A DNA stretch of 63,938 bases, the filler included, from Chiloscyllium plagiosum (taxonomy: Eukaryota), in the NCBI RefSeq assembly GCF_004010195.1. It is 4 parts of one record of this genome, joined end to end, with 100 filler letters (N's around TTAATTAATTAA, not from the genome) between each part and the next. Parts side by side here need not be neighbours in the genome. Positions count along the whole stretch, not along the records: positions 55,656 to 63,938 come from NC_057713.1; 3 more parts are not named here. One strand, 5' to 3'. Position 1 is the first letter of the stretch. Each line of letters opens with the position of its first letter. Under the pieces are notes generated by a model that ran no database searches, had not been told where the DNA came from, and was given only the letters and a program-made list of their open reading frames with translations. Positions 63,373-63,938 of this stretch are shown piece after piece. Both the position numbers and the translations under genes were made by a program.

Positions 63373-63938
63373 TTTTTTTTATAGATATTTTTATTAGAAA
63401 TTTAACATTTTTACAAGTTTACAAAAATAAACAAAACTCTCAAGTACAAACATTGATATACAATTAAATCTTAAATATACAATAGCCAAAATTTAACAAA
63501 AGAAAAATACCGAGAAAGAAAAATCAAAACTCAACTAACTACTAATCTAACCTACAATTAACCTGAGTGTATATTTAAGTCTCTTACATTATTCAAGTAA
63601 GAGAGAGAAAAGAAAACAACAGATAACACAGAAATTGGATAGTGAGATACATGCTCGGAATGTGTTAACATCAAATGTAACAAAACCCGTATTCGTGTGG
63701 GATTCCTCTCCCAAGGGGCCCCGGACCAGCCAGGTTCATAATCTCAATTAAATAAAAGCCCTTGTTAGGAGAGCCAAAATATCTGTATTTATGTAATTCA
63801 AGAAGGGCTGCCATATTTTATAAAATAATTCGGTCTTTCGGTGCACCATATTTGTAAGGAAGTCAAGGGGAATACATTCCATAATTAATCTGTGCCAATT
63901 TGAAAGTCCAGGGGGGCCCTCAGCCACCCAGTTTACCA
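63373..63938 (-). mobile_element. L1/Tx1-clade LINE 3' end (ORF2 C-terminus 63748-63936, 3'UTR, poly-A)
   Basis: Minus strand reads NWVAEGPPGLSNWHRLIMECIPLDFLTNMVHRKTELFYKIWQPFLNYI...*; it ends AATAAAAATATCTATAAAAAAAA. Confidence 0.75.

Overview
Repeat-rich vertebrate genomic DNA. HE1-type SINEs together with CR1, Penelope-like, Rex/Babar and L1/Tx1 fragments point to a shark or ray; that assignment is an inference. There are three 100-bp scaffold gaps and no confidently recognisable host gene. The main element is a well-preserved, minus-strand class III (ERV-L/ERV-S-like) endogenous retrovirus at ~8265-12890, cut off at a gap. All of its visible coding sequence lies in one reading frame: a Gag-like segment fused directly to the RT connection/RNase H (capsid, protease and RT polymerase are not seen), one TGA followed by ACC-ATG-ATG-G, then a 992-aa ORF containing integrase, a dUTPase with all five motifs, an integrase C-terminal-like segment and an Env. 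The Env lacks a signal peptide and has a short glycosylated SU and a long Cys-rich TM, resembling paramyxovirus/baculovirus F proteins. The env-PPT-LTR boundary is triplicated, and each copy sits within a 14-bp inverted repeat. After the gap comes a 3.4-kb array of a 32-bp G-rich satellite. The rest is decayed LINE/SINE/Penelope debris, including hammerhead-like motifs and palindromic insertions with target-site duplications, plus a few weak exon candidates. Family assignments come from motif recognition, not database searches.
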